Shown here one piece after another: positions 27,994 through 37,798 of a stretch of DNA of 64,000 nucleotides. Source of the stretch: an uncultured Candidatus Saccharibacteria bacterium (GTDB lineage: Bacteria > Patescibacteriota > Minisyncoccia > RBG-13-40-8-A); assembly GCA_965231075.1 (NCBI GenBank), contig OZ246412.1, forward strand, positions 553,787 through 617,786, read 5' to 3'. The translations under genes were made by a program, and so were the position numbers. Position 1 is the stretch's first letter. Every line of letters starts with the position of its first letter. A model generated the notes under the pieces. That model made no database searches and was not told the DNA's origin. It was given only the letters and a program-made list of their open reading frames with translations.

Positions 27994-28626
27994 ATGCCAC
28001 AAGTCAAATTACCAAAAAACGCACCCGAGGTGCAAAAATTTGTTGAGGTTCAGGAAATCAAAAACGGAATGGCGATAATGAAAGACAACAGCATCAGATC
28101 TGTGTGTGCTTGTTCGTCAATAAATTTTGATTTATTAAGTGCAACTGAACAAGAAGCCGTCATCGCTAGATTCCAAGAGTTTTTAAATTCCGTCGACTTC
28201 CCTCTTCAAATTATTGTCGCCTCTCGTCATTTTAAAGTTGAGGGATACCTTAACCAGATTCGTGAGTTGGAAAAAAAACAGACCAATGAACTGTTAAAAA
28301 TTCAAACCAATGAGTATATAAATTTTGTGGAAAGTTTTGTAGAATTTGAGAATATTATGAATAAATCTTTCTACGTCATTGTTCCGTTTAACATTGTTGA
28401 ATCGCACAACGAAAATCTATCTACAAAGATTAAAAACGTTATCAGTTCTAGTAAGCCCAAAAAAGAAAGATTTGAGACAGAGAAGTTGAATCAATATAAA
28501 GCTCAATTAGACCAGAGAATTAATTTAGTAGCTCAAGGATTACAGGCATTAGGGATTAAAACTATTCCACTCAATGACGAACAGTTAACCCAGCTATATT
28601 TCGAGTTCTACAACATAGAGAAATAA
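27994..28626 (+). CDS. T4SS-associated protein (TraC/VirB4 N-terminal-like)
   Basis: SINFDLLSATEQEAVI..FQEFLNSVDFPLQI, KSFYVIVP; conserved position between PrgI and the ATPase. Confidence 0.7.
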   Translation: MPQVKLPKNAPEVQKFVEVQEIKNGMAIMKDNSIRSVCACSSINFDLLSATEQEAVIARFQEFLNSVDFPLQIIVASRHFKVEGYLNQIRELEKKQTNELLKIQTNEYINFVESFVEFENIMNKSFYVIVPFNIVESHNENLSTKIKNVISSSKPKKERFETEKLNQYKAQLDQRINLVAQGLQALGIKTIPLNDEQLTQLYFEFYNIEK

Positions 28627-28630
28627 ATTC

Positions 28631-30427
28631 ATGTCATTATTTAAGAAATCAAAACCTAAAAACCAAGGAAATGTTTCTGAAATTGAAGAAATTCAGGAAA
28701 TTGAGAACAGCTTAGCAGACACAATTTCACCATCTGCCCTCCAAATTACATCTAATTATATCCAGATTGGCGAGAAATTTGCCCAAACATTTTTTATTAT
28801 CACTTATCCCCGATTTCTCACCGTAAATTGGTTATCGCCAATCATCAATTTAGATAGAATATTTAATTTGGCGATGTTTGTGCACCCGACCGATACCGGA
28901 ATAATTTTAAAAAAACTTCGACGCAAAATTACGCAAATTGAATCTCAAATCAATTCTGAACAAGAAGCAGGAAAAATCAGGAACCCTATATTAGAAACTG
29001 CCCGAGGCGATGTCGAAGAAATGAGAGATCGACTGATTCAAGGCACAGAAAAGTTTTTTAAATATTCCCTCTATATCACTATTTTTGAAGACTCTGTGGA
29101 TAAACTTAAAGAAGCCGAGGAACAGATCATGGGACTGTTTGAGGCAAAAATGATTTATGCCCGACCGGCGCTGTTTCAACAACAGATTGGTCTAAATTCA
29201 ACGTTACCATTTGGCAAAGATCATTTGTTTATCACAAATTCTATGAATACTGCACCTCTTTCTACGGTATTTCCATTTGTATCGTCAAATCTATCGTCCA
29301 ACAAAGGTATTCTTTATGGCATTAATCGCCATAACAATAGTCTGATCATTTTTGATAGGTTCTCCATGGAAAACGGCAACATGGTTATTTTTGGCAAGTC
29401 CGGAGGAGGAAAATCTTATGCTGTGAAAGTGGAGATATTGAGGTCGTTAATGTTCGGAACAGACGTAATTGTTGTAGACCCAGAGAATGAATACCAGCAT
29501 TTGGCCGAAACCGTCGATGGTGCATATTTTAAAATATCATTAACTTCTGATAGCCACATTAATCCCTTTGATTTGTCTTTGCCCGATGAAGATGAAACCA
29601 CCGAAGATGTCTTGCGGTCAAAAATAATGGATTTAATTGGTCTCTTAAGGGTGGCTCTGGGGGAACTGACCCCAGAAGAAAATTCTATTTTAGACAGAGC
29701 ATTAACTGAAACCTACGCATCAAAAGATATTACGTTTCAATCTGATCTTAAGAACGTTACCCCGCCAGTTATGCAGGACCTGGAAACAGTTTTAAATAAC
29801 ATGAAAGGGGGTGATAGGATCGCTAAACGACTTGAGAGATACACTAAGGGCAGTTTTTCTGGATTTTTAAATCAACCCACAAATATTGATGTTAATAAGA
29901 ATCTCATTGTGTTTAGCACGCGCGATATGGAAGACGAATTAAAACCAGTGGCAATGTATCTGATCTTACAATATATTTGGAATCTAATTCGTTCTCAAAT
30001 GAAAAAACGCATTATGATCGTCGACGAGGCGTGGTGGATGTTGAAAAGCGAAGCTGGCGGGTCATTTCTTCATGGCATTGCTAAAAGATGTAGAAAATAC
30101 TGGCTAGGACTAACCACGATCACTCAAGATATTCCTGATTTCATGAATTCCCCTTATGGTAAACCGATTGTCTCTAACTCTTCAATCCAAATACTTTTTA
30201 AACAATCCCCCGCGACAATTGATGTCGTACAACAAACATTTAATCTAACTGATGAAGAAAAATACCTTCTTTTACAAGCCGGTGTCGGCGAGGGAATTTT
30301 CTTTGCCGGATTAAAACATGCTGCTATAAAAGTAGTCGCATCCTACACCGAAGATCAAATCGTAACAACTAATCCAGAACAGATTTCTAAAATTAATCAA
30401 GCGAAAGAAGAATTAAAAACAATATGA
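28631..30427 (+). CDS. VirB4-like ATPase
   Basis: Walker A GKSGGGKS, VDPENEY, INPFD, Walker B IVDEAW, KRCRKY...TQD. Confidence 0.9.
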   Translation: MSLFKKSKPKNQGNVSEIEEIQEIENSLADTISPSALQITSNYIQIGEKFAQTFFIITYPRFLTVNWLSPIINLDRIFNLAMFVHPTDTGIILKKLRRKITQIESQINSEQEAGKIRNPILETARGDVEEMRDRLIQGTEKFFKYSLYITIFEDSVDKLKEAEEQIMGLFEAKMIYARPALFQQQIGLNSTLPFGKDHLFITNSMNTAPLSTVFPFVSSNLSSNKGILYGINRHNNSLIIFDRFSMENGNMVIFGKSGGGKSYAVKVEILRSLMFGTDVIVVDPENEYQHLAETVDGAYFKISLTSDSHINPFDLSLPDEDETTEDVLRSKIMDLIGLLRVALGELTPEENSILDRALTETYASKDITFQSDLKNVTPPVMQDLETVLNNMKGGDRIAKRLERYTKGSFSGFLNQPTNIDVNKNLIVFSTRDMEDELKPVAMYLILQYIWNLIRSQMKKRIMIVDEAWWMLKSEAGGSFLHGIAKRCRKYWLGLTTITQDIPDFMNSPYGKPIVSNSSIQILFKQSPATIDVVQQTFNLTDEEKYLLLQAGVGEGIFFAGLKHAAIKVVASYTEDQIVTTNPEQISKINQAKEELKTI

Positions 30428-30864
30428 TGGTTGAATCAACTCTGCAGGAACAAGTGCAAACACAAGAATTAAATCAGAGTCGATCTGATTCGCGCTTGCA
30501 TGGAAAAAACCAAACGACTACAACGCAGTCTTCAACCTCGACATTAGAATTTGTGGCGCTTCTACCATTAGCAATATTTGCCGACTTGATCGGCGGACTG
30601 GATTTGACTGTATTTGGTTCAGTTATTGTCAGAATAATCAACATCCCTATAGTGCTTGTCTTGTGGTTGTGGAGAGTGTTTAAACATGGTCCCGGGCTAC
30701 AAAAAAATGATTATACCTACCAATTATTCGCAACCTTTTTAATCGAAATGTCCCCCTTTGGAATCGTCCCGACATGGACTACGTTTGTGATTTATGCTTA
30801 TTTAAAAGACAAAAACATAGCCAAGAATACCTTGGGTCGAAAATTAAACAAAACAAATAATTAA
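30424..30864 (+). CDS. hypothetical membrane protein
   Basis: Hydrophobic segments, IEMSPFGIVPTWT; translationally coupled to the ATPase. Confidence 0.7.
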   Translation: MMVESTLQEQVQTQELNQSRSDSRLHGKNQTTTTQSSTSTLEFVALLPLAIFADLIGGLDLTVFGSVIVRIINIPIVLVLWLWRVFKHGPGLQKNDYTYQLFATFLIEMSPFGIVPTWTTFVIYAYLKDKNIAKNTLGRKLNKTNN

Positions 30865-30868
30865 TATT

Positions 30869-31603
30869 ATGAAAAAACAAATCTGTCTTATTATAATTTC
30901 GTTGTCAGTGTTTTTACCGATAATTGGTTGCGCGTCAGAAGAGTATATTCCGTTAATACAAAACTTATTGCCATCAACAACATCGGCTGGCACTCAAGAC
31001 CAGCCCTCGATTAAGTTAAATATGCTTGAACTTGCCTGGAGCGCTGAGACATATGCTCCACTAGACTATCAAGGGAGGACGTTGCCAATTAAAGGGTCAA
31101 TGGTTGATGTGGACGCGATAATATCTATCACAGGAGAAAATACAGGCAATCTAAAATTCAGTTGGTTTTTAGATAATACGTTTCAAGAATCTAAATCTGG
31201 ATACGGCAAAACCTCGTTTAGATTTGGGGTTAGGAAATTCAACGGCGACTTTCATAATGTTTTAGTAAAGATTTTCAATGAAGATAGATCATTCTATATT
31301 GAAAAATCGATAGAGATACCGATAGCCCGATCAGAGGTTGTTTTAAAACAATCCAATATGAATCAACTCTCCATTCTTGCGAAGCCGTATTTTTTCAGTA
31401 TAGATAAATTGACCGACCTAGAATTCCAGTGGACACTAGAGGGGCAAGAGCCTATCATTTCATCTAATTATAATGCTGATATACTAGATATAAATATTAA
31501 AAACAAAAATCTTCCGGCGTCTGAATATCAATTAGGACTTGTTGTTAAAAATCTGAGAAACACAATACAAAGCGCAAATAGTTCGATTAAAATTAACTTA
31601 TAA
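30869..31603 (+). CDS. exported hypothetical protein (beta-rich, possible lipoprotein)
   Basis: Signal peptide ending IIGC; WSAETYAP.DYQGRTLP, FSWFLD...SGYGK. Confidence 0.7.
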   Translation: MKKQICLIIISLSVFLPIIGCASEEYIPLIQNLLPSTTSAGTQDQPSIKLNMLELAWSAETYAPLDYQGRTLPIKGSMVDVDAIISITGENTGNLKFSWFLDNTFQESKSGYGKTSFRFGVRKFNGDFHNVLVKIFNEDRSFYIEKSIEIPIARSEVVLKQSNMNQLSILAKPYFFSIDKLTDLEFQWTLEGQEPIISSNYNADILDINIKNKNLPASEYQLGLVVKNLRNTIQSANSSIKINL

Positions 31604-31608
31604 TAAAA

Positions 31609-31971
31609 ATGAAAAAATCCATATTCTTTATAGTCACAATCTTTGTGCTTTTAATAATAGCTCAGAATTGTCTAGCGCTAGAATTGTTGTTAGACTATCC
31701 GACTATAAGCGGAAAAGATTTGGGCGACACTAGTAGTATTCCAGATTTGATAAGCTATATTTATAAATTCGCTCTAGGCGCTTGTGGTATAACTGCCTTG
31801 GTGTCTATTATAATTGGAGCTGCACAATATGCTTTCTCTGCTGGCGACTCTTCTAAGGCAGGAGATGCTAAAGACAGAATAACTTCGGCATTGTTAGGAG
31901 TTTTAATTTTATTGTTTTCGTATCTGATTCTAAACACAATTAATCCAGACCTAGTAAGTTTGAAATTTTAA
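31609..31971 (+). CDS. TrbC/VirB2-like pilin
   Basis: IIIGAAQY..SAGD...AKDRITSALLG.LILLFSYLILNTINPDL. Confidence 0.85.
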   Translation: MKKSIFFIVTIFVLLIIAQNCLALELLLDYPTISGKDLGDTSSIPDLISYIYKFALGACGITALVSIIIGAAQYAFSAGDSSKAGDAKDRITSALLGVLILLFSYLILNTINPDLVSLKF

Positions 31972-31989
31972 TAAATATTATAAAATCAT

Positions 31990-33165
31990 ATGAACACAAA
32001 ACTTAAAAAGGTATTAATCATCATCGTGATAATCTTGATTGTCGCATTAGCAGGACTTCTGGTCTACAATTTTGTTATTAGAAAGAACATTGAAGACGAA
32101 AACAATAATGGCAATCTCCCCGGAGAACAACCAAACATCGACAATCAGGATCAAAATCAAGACCAGGGTGACACCGAACAACTAATATCAGAACGAAAGA
32201 TTATTGCAATTAGCACTGATCCCGTATTATCTCCAACAATCACCAACAATAAAACAAGTGTGATTTATTATTCGAAAACAAATGGCAATATTATTCAATC
32301 CGATTTCGATGGATTAAATAAAATTACGATATCTGATACAAATCTCGATAATCTCCTACAGGTATTTTGGGCGCAGAGCAAAGACAAAACCATAACCGTG
32401 TTTCAGGACAATATTGGTAACACTAGCAAATATTATTATAATATTCCTACTAAAAAATCGTTTCCTCTAAATAAGTTTATAAATTATATCTCTTGGTCTT
32501 CAGACGGCTCTAAAATCGTTTATCAATATCAAAACGATGATACGGGCGAAAACACAATCAGTGTATCGAATCCTGACGGATCAAGATATTCTGTAATTCT
32601 TAATACTCGAATGAAAAATCTAATCATCAATTGGCCCAAAGGATCAACTATTTACCTACAAGAAAGACCGTCAGGATTGGCGCAGAGTAGCTTATACTCA
32701 TTAAACTATCTATCTAAAGCATTTAATAAGGTAGTATCGAATCTTTATGGATTTAGTCTGAAATGGTCATCTGGTGGCAATAAAATACTTTATTCTAAAA
32801 CAAATTCCGAAGGAGAAAATATCGGCTTATACATTGCAAACAGTAATGGGTCTAGTGAAAAAGCATTGGATGTTCAAACATTAATCGAAAAGTGTGCATG
32901 GTCCCAAGACACAAGATACATCTTCTGCGCAATACCAAATAATATTTCTGATGCAAAAATACTGCCTGATGATTTTTATAAGGGGGTATTCGTCAGCGAT
33001 GATGAATTCTATAAAATCAACATTGAAACTGGTGAAAAAACCAATCTGTTTGATAAAAGCTTAGAAGAATCATTTGACGCAGACGAGTTGTTCCTTTCGC
33101 CGAATGAAGATTATTTATTCTTTGTAAATAAAAATAACGGACTATTATACCGTATAAAAATTTAA
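31990..33165 (+). CDS. membrane-anchored beta-propeller (TolB-like) protein
   Basis: N-terminal TM; repeated WSSDGSKI / WSSGGNKI / LSPNEDYL blade motifs. Confidence 0.7.
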   Translation: MNTKLKKVLIIIVIILIVALAGLLVYNFVIRKNIEDENNNGNLPGEQPNIDNQDQNQDQGDTEQLISERKIIAISTDPVLSPTITNNKTSVIYYSKTNGNIIQSDFDGLNKITISDTNLDNLLQVFWAQSKDKTITVFQDNIGNTSKYYYNIPTKKSFPLNKFINYISWSSDGSKIVYQYQNDDTGENTISVSNPDGSRYSVILNTRMKNLIINWPKGSTIYLQERPSGLAQSSLYSLNYLSKAFNKVVSNLYGFSLKWSSGGNKILYSKTNSEGENIGLYIANSNGSSEKALDVQTLIEKCAWSQDTRYIFCAIPNNISDAKILPDDFYKGVFVSDDEFYKINIETGEKTNLFDKSLEESFDADELFLSPNEDYLFFVNKNNGLLYRIKI

Positions 33166-33178
33166 CAAATTATATTCT

Positions 33179-33210
33179 AAAAGAGCTCTCAATTTTATCG
33201 GAGCTCTTTT
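33179..33210. terminator. terminator between convergent genes
   Basis: AAAAGAGCTC...GAGCTCTTTT. Confidence 0.6.
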
Positions 33211-34412
33211 TTGTTTATTAATGTTAATCCGATAATCACCCAAAATATTATAGATAGATCGTTTTTCCAATAAGTCGTATCAACTAGGCCATGAGCAAGA
33301 ATATAAATCATCAGTATTGTAATTATCAAGTTCCCGTTTTCAATTTTCAATCCTCTAATGAAGAACCACGCCAATACAAGAATAAACCCGACAAAACCGA
33401 TTAATCCAGTCTGAATTAAAAATGCTAGAAATATATTATGTGGCTGTGGCACGCCCCACTTGGGATAGGGCGGAAAATAATCCTCAAATGTTCCTGGTCC
33501 AATTCCAGTCAAAGGATGTTGCAAAAAAACATCAATCGCCTGTCCCCATATCACGAATCTCGCGTCAAAAGATTTCAGCCCATCCAACGATCTTATCTTT
33601 ATTAGTCCAATGACCATAATTATAGCGAAAATAACACAAATAACACTCAATAACAATTTCTTCTTGTTTCGTTGATATAGATAAATCGCTAACCAGAATC
33701 CACCAGCCACCAAAACACCCAATAGGACACCGAAAGATTTAGTAAAAAACAATACAACAAGAAACAAGACACAAGATACAAGATACAAAAATAAGCGGAT
33801 ATTTGTTCGCAACAAAGTCCGCATCGGAAGCCGACCGCAGTCGGCTGAGATAGAGTGCGATTTCGCATTGCGAAATCGACACGTGTCTTTGTGTGAACAA
33901 ATATCCGCTATTAATAAAATCAGCGGCACAGCCAGATACATTGCTAAGTAATTTGGCGAATCAAATATCCCCTGCAATCTCCCCTGATAATTAAATGTCC
34001 TCGAGAACAAATAAACTAGCGAAATAACTGCCACTACAACTCCCGAATAGATCATTGTTTTGAATACGTTCTGAACATCGTCTTTTTTAATCGCTGACAC
34101 GAAAACAGCAAAAAACATTAACGGATCAATGAACCACGCCTTCCAAATTCCTGCACTCAATCTCACGTTCCAAGAAAACAAGACTGCAATGCTTACTCCA
34201 GAAATCAACAATAAAACTCCCCAAACCAATAATCTTTCGTGTTTTATTGTTTTCCAAAACTTTTTATATCCTCCGCCCACCAACCACCAAATAAAGAGTG
34301 CATAAATTAATAATTCCAACGCCGTTGTTGGAATTTTGAATATATTAAATCTAACCAAGTATAGTGGTAAGCAGAAAATAATTAAATATACTCCCCGCCT
34401 TAAATTATTCAT
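33195..34412 (-). CDS. O-antigen ligase-like (Wzy_C/WaaL) membrane protein with in-frame insertion
   Basis: RLQGIFDSPNYLAMYL, ARFVIW, HPLTGIGPGTF, PHNIFL, HGLVD. Confidence 0.88.
   Translation of the reverse strand: MNNLRRGVYLIIFCLPLYLVRFNIFKIPTTALELLIYALFIWWLVGGGYKKFWKTIKHERLLVWGVLLLISGVSIAVLFSWNVRLSAGIWKAWFIDPLMFFAVFVSAIKKDDVQNVFKTMIYSGVVVAVISLVYLFSRTFNYQGRLQGIFDSPNYLAMYLAVPLILLIADICSHKDTCRFRNAKSHSISADCGRLPMRTLLRTNIRLFLYLVSCVLFLVVLFFTKSFGVLLGVLVAGGFWLAIYLYQRNKKKLLLSVICVIFAIIMVIGLIKIRSLDGLKSFDARFVIWGQAIDVFLQHPLTGIGPGTFEDYFPPYPKWGVPQPHNIFLAFLIQTGLIGFVGFILVLAWFFIRGLKIENGNLIITILMIYILAHGLVDTTYWKNDLSIIFWVIIGLTLINKKELR
33794..33909 (-). repeat. structured repeat element copy A (in frame in waaL-like gene)
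   Basis: Terminal inverted repeat AGCGGATATTTGTTC; shares 27 identical nt and the fold with 57039-57148. Confidence 0.85.
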
Positions 34413-34414
34413 AT

Positions 34415-35851
34415 CTATATTTCTTTCTTTGTTATAAGCTGAATTTCTTCTTTTTTAATTCCCTTAATTAAATAAAGCGTGCCGAGATAAACAATTAGTC
34501 CGCCTACAGCTAACAAAATCACATTGAATTGATTAAACACAAAAATAAATCCCGCCATAATTCCACCAGCAATTAATGGCTTCCAAATATTTAATTTTGG
34601 AAAATATTTAATTGTTTTATAGATCAACGCAAGCATCAATCCCGTGACCAATAATTCTGTTATTGTTGTAGTCCAGGCTGCCCCAAGATATCGATATCTA
34701 GGAATGAAAATTAGGTTGGTTACGATATTAAAAATCATTCCTGTGAAATATATCCATGCCCCCATTTTTTGTTTGTTTAGGGCTATGATACTGTTTCCAA
34801 AGAGATTGCCCAAAAATATAAACCCGATAGCAATTGCCAGAACATTTAATGGTCCGGCCGAAGCAGAAAAGTCTTTGCCGCCAATCAAAACCACTATTTG
34901 CGTAGAAAGCATCAAAATTCCAATAATTAACGGAACAATGAAGACGAATAGAATATCTAATGTCTTTTGAAAAATCTTTTTGAACCTTTCTTTATCGTTG
35001 AAAGCACTAGCAGACAATAGAGGCATAATCAAGCCCACAAACATTGCCGGAAAGAAGATTAATCCCTCTAGAATCTTGTAAGCAATTCCGTAGATTCCTA
35101 CATCCGACATTGGATTTAAAGAGTTATTATTGATTGCCGGAATCGAAAGAAAAATGCTGTCAATTTTAAAATAAATTAATGTCAAAACTATCGAAGCAGC
35201 AATGGGAATTGTTGCCTTAATCAATTTTTTCCAGTAGACGAAATCGAATTCTAGAGAAAATTTAACATAGTGTCTGGCAAAGACAAACAAAAATAAGAAA
35301 TTAATTAAACAACCAATAATTAAAGAGAAAATTACTCCGTAAAAACCAAATCCCAATTTCATCACAACGATAACCAATGCAAACTGAGCGATTCTACCGA
35401 CAATATCTGCTATTGCCGACTTATCTGTTCTCAAATATTTTTGAAAAATCCCCATCAGAACCTGCCCCATAGACAAAAACAAGAACGAAATTGCTGCAAA
35501 CATTGTTCCGTTCTTTACCTGATCTGAATAAGGAAAAACCCATACGATTAATGAAGCAATTATTAGAAAGACCAAGAGTGCGACGATTCTAATCGTAAAG
35601 ATATTGCTCACAACCTTCTTTTCGTCTACCTCTGATTGAGAAATTTCCCTTACCATTAAAGAGTAAAGGCCTAGGTCGGCCAAACTATCAAATGTATACA
35701 AAAATGCCAATATTAGACTGTAACTACCAAATCCGTCCTTGCCCAGATATCTAGCGATAATGCCAATCGTAACCAGAGAAAGGGCAACGCCTAAAAGGCG
35801 CGCCCCGGTTGAAATGATTGTATTGTAGGCTATTTTCCTAACAATTGTCAT
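34415..35851 (-). CDS. Wzx-like polysaccharide flippase
   Basis: ARYLG..GFGSYS, ADLGL, KIDSIFL, VGIYGIAYKI, LIFIPRYRYLGAA. Confidence 0.9.
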   Translation of the reverse strand: MTIVRKIAYNTIISTGARLLGVALSLVTIGIIARYLGKDGFGSYSLILAFLYTFDSLADLGLYSLMVREISQSEVDEKKVVSNIFTIRIVALLVFLIIASLIVWVFPYSDQVKNGTMFAAISFLFLSMGQVLMGIFQKYLRTDKSAIADIVGRIAQFALVIVVMKLGFGFYGVIFSLIIGCLINFLFLFVFARHYVKFSLEFDFVYWKKLIKATIPIAASIVLTLIYFKIDSIFLSIPAINNNSLNPMSDVGIYGIAYKILEGLIFFPAMFVGLIMPLLSASAFNDKERFKKIFQKTLDILFVFIVPLIIGILMLSTQIVVLIGGKDFSASAGPLNVLAIAIGFIFLGNLFGNSIIALNKQKMGAWIYFTGMIFNIVTNLIFIPRYRYLGAAWTTTITELLVTGLMLALIYKTIKYFPKLNIWKPLIAGGIMAGFIFVFNQFNVILLAVGGLIVYLGTLYLIKGIKKEEIQLITKKEI

Positions 35852-35856
35852 ACAAG

Positions 35857-36318
35857 TTAAGGATAGATCCTGACTACCAACTTTCTTTCTGGTTCTTCTC
35901 CGATGCTTTCAGTCACAATATCTGGCTGTTCTGCCAACTTTAAATGAATAATTCTTCTTTCGTAGGCAGACATCGGCTCTAGAGTTATCGACTCTTTAGT
36001 TCTTCTTACTTTCTTCGCTGTTTCAATTGCGATCTCGCTTAATTCGTTTTTCCTTTTCTCTTTGCATCCGTTAACGTCTAAAACTAAAAACGCGTCTGTT
36101 TTTTCTCTGGAAAATAACAATCTCGCCAAGTGTTGTAATGCATTTAATCCTTCGGCATTGTCTCTGGTCAATACGTCTGCATCGTATGCACTCATTTCGA
36201 TATTAACCTCCATTACTTCTTTGTTTTTAGATAAGTTGTCTTTTTTGACACTAATTTCTTTTACCTTGATGCCTATTTTCTCGAGTATCTCCTCAATTAT
36301 TTTTTTGATCTTTTCCAT
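35857..36318 (-). CDS. jag: Jag/KhpB (R3H) RNA-binding protein, short form
   Basis: LNALQHL, LEPMSAYERRIIHLKL, TESIGEEPER; next to yidC. Confidence 0.85.
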   Translation of the reverse strand: MEKIKKIIEEILEKIGIKVKEISVKKDNLSKNKEVMEVNIEMSAYDADVLTRDNAEGLNALQHLARLLFSREKTDAFLVLDVNGCKEKRKNELSEIAIETAKKVRRTKESITLEPMSAYERRIIHLKLAEQPDIVTESIGEEPERKLVVRIYP

Positions 36319-36988
36319 ATTTTTTATATAAATAATAATCTTGTGCCAATCCCAATAAAGTGCTTATTGTCCAATAAAAGGTTAACCCTGCCGGGAGACC
36401 AATGCCGATCACTACTGTAATTATCGGCATAAAATAAGTCATTTGACTGGTCATTTTCTTTTGTGTTTCTGCCGCCTTGTCTGACACTCCTGGTTGAGGC
36501 ATTGTGACCGTGCGTTTCATGGTTAATTTCGAGGCGAAAAACTGTGATATCCCAGCCAAAATCGCTAAAATTACGTTCTTTTCAGATAAATTAATAACTC
36601 CTAAAAACATCGGACTAATAGAACTTCCCTCAACCAGAACATTCATTAGTGCTCGGTAAAGAGCGAAAATTATTGGTAATTGAATTATTAATGGCAAGCA
36701 ACCAGAGAATGGATTTATCTTATTTTCTTTATAGAATTTCATCAATTCTCGACTCTGCTCCTCTTTGGTTTTGAATTTATTTTGGATTTCTTTTATCGCG
36801 CCCTTGTGCCGAGCTAGTTTTGATTGTGATTTAATTGACTTCGCCGCCAAAGGAAACAAAACAACCCTAACTAATAGGGTTATAATAATTATCGCAACAC
36901 CTAAATCGTGTCCGGGAACGTTGTTATACAAAAAAACCAAAAACTTAAAGATTGGTTCGTAAAAAATTTGATTAAATATATTTCCCAT
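36293..36988 (-). CDS. yidC: membrane protein insertase YidC
   Basis: TLLVRVVLFPL, NPFSGCLPLIIQLPI, PAGLTFYW. Confidence 0.95.
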   Translation of the reverse strand: MGNIFNQIFYEPIFKFLVFLYNNVPGHDLGVAIIIITLLVRVVLFPLAAKSIKSQSKLARHKGAIKEIQNKFKTKEEQSRELMKFYKENKINPFSGCLPLIIQLPIIFALYRALMNVLVEGSSISPMFLGVINLSEKNVILAILAGISQFFASKLTMKRTVTMPQPGVSDKAAETQKKMTSQMTYFMPIITVVIGIGLPAGLTFYWTISTLLGLAQDYYLYKKYGKDQKNN

Positions 36989-36989
36989 A

Positions 36990-37214
36990 TTATTTTACTG
37001 GGTCAACCCCACCGCGATTAAACGGATTACAACGCAAAATTCTTTTTATGCCCATCGCGGAACCCTTAAATGTTCCATGTTTTTTTAGTGACTGACAAAA
37101 ATACTCGGAGCAAGAAGGATAAAACCTACAACCACAGGAGGGATTGATTTTAACAATAACCCTAGAAACACTTTTTTGATACAGCTTTATTAAACTCAAA
37201 ATTAAATATTTCAT
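36990..37214 (-). CDS. yidD: membrane protein insertion efficiency factor YidD
   Basis: CRFYPSCSEY, RILRCNPF..GGVDPV. Confidence 0.95.
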   Translation of the reverse strand: MKYLILSLIKLYQKSVSRVIVKINPSCGCRFYPSCSEYFCQSLKKHGTFKGSAMGIKRILRCNPFNRGGVDPVK

Positions 37215-37515
37215 TTAGATCTTGTTTTATTTCTTGAAAGCTTCTTTCGCAAATTTGAGGCTTAGCAATAACGACGAAATCAAAGCCCGGCGCTAATTCT
37301 ATTCCCTTAATAATTTCTCTAATCTGCCTTTTGATTTTATTCCTTTTGACGGCCTTCTTAGATACTTTTAGACTAACCACTGTAGTAAATCGATTGTTCT
37401 TTGATTCGTTTCTCGCGACCCTTATTAAAATCAAACGACCAGCAATTGTTTTGCCGCCCCTAAAAACCTTGTTAATATCACTCTTTTTTCTTAAGCGATT
37501 TTCCGAAGAAAGCAT
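37162..37515 (-). CDS. rnpA: ribonuclease P protein component
   Basis: ENRLRK..D, VSKKAVKRNKIKRQIRE. Confidence 0.93.
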   Translation of the reverse strand: MLSSENRLRKKSDINKVFRGGKTIAGRLILIRVARNESKNNRFTTVVSLKVSKKAVKRNKIKRQIREIIKGIELAPGFDFVVIAKPQICERSFQEIKQDLNEIFNFEFNKAVSKKCF

Positions 37516-37517
37516 CT

Positions 37518-37661
37518 TTATGCGCTTATTTTTTTTCTGTTCTTCTGTTTTCTCCTCTTAAGGACTCTCCTGCCATTCTTGGTTCTCATTCTTACTCTGA
37601 AGCCGTGTGTTTTGCTTCTCTTCCTTTTTTTTGGTTTATATGTTAATCCTTGTTGTGCCAT
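37518..37661 (-). CDS. rpmH: 50S ribosomal protein L34
   Basis: [47 protein letters not shown] (47 aa, not in ORF track). Confidence 0.95.
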   Translation of the reverse strand: MAQQGLTYKPKKRKRSKTHGFRVRMRTKNGRRVLKRRKQKNRKKISA

Positions 37662-37798
37662 ATGATTTAGCTTAACAATAAATAAAGACTAGGTCAATCA
37701 GACCCCACTAAATCAATTAACAGATAATACACATTTTATTCACAAAAATGACTATTGATTTTGTTTTTGTTGTATAAATTTCGTGATATAATTTGACT

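Noticed and set aside
21423-33165. Integrative conjugative element or prophage
   Set aside because: No integrase, relaxase, att repeats or phage structural genes; embedded among core genes
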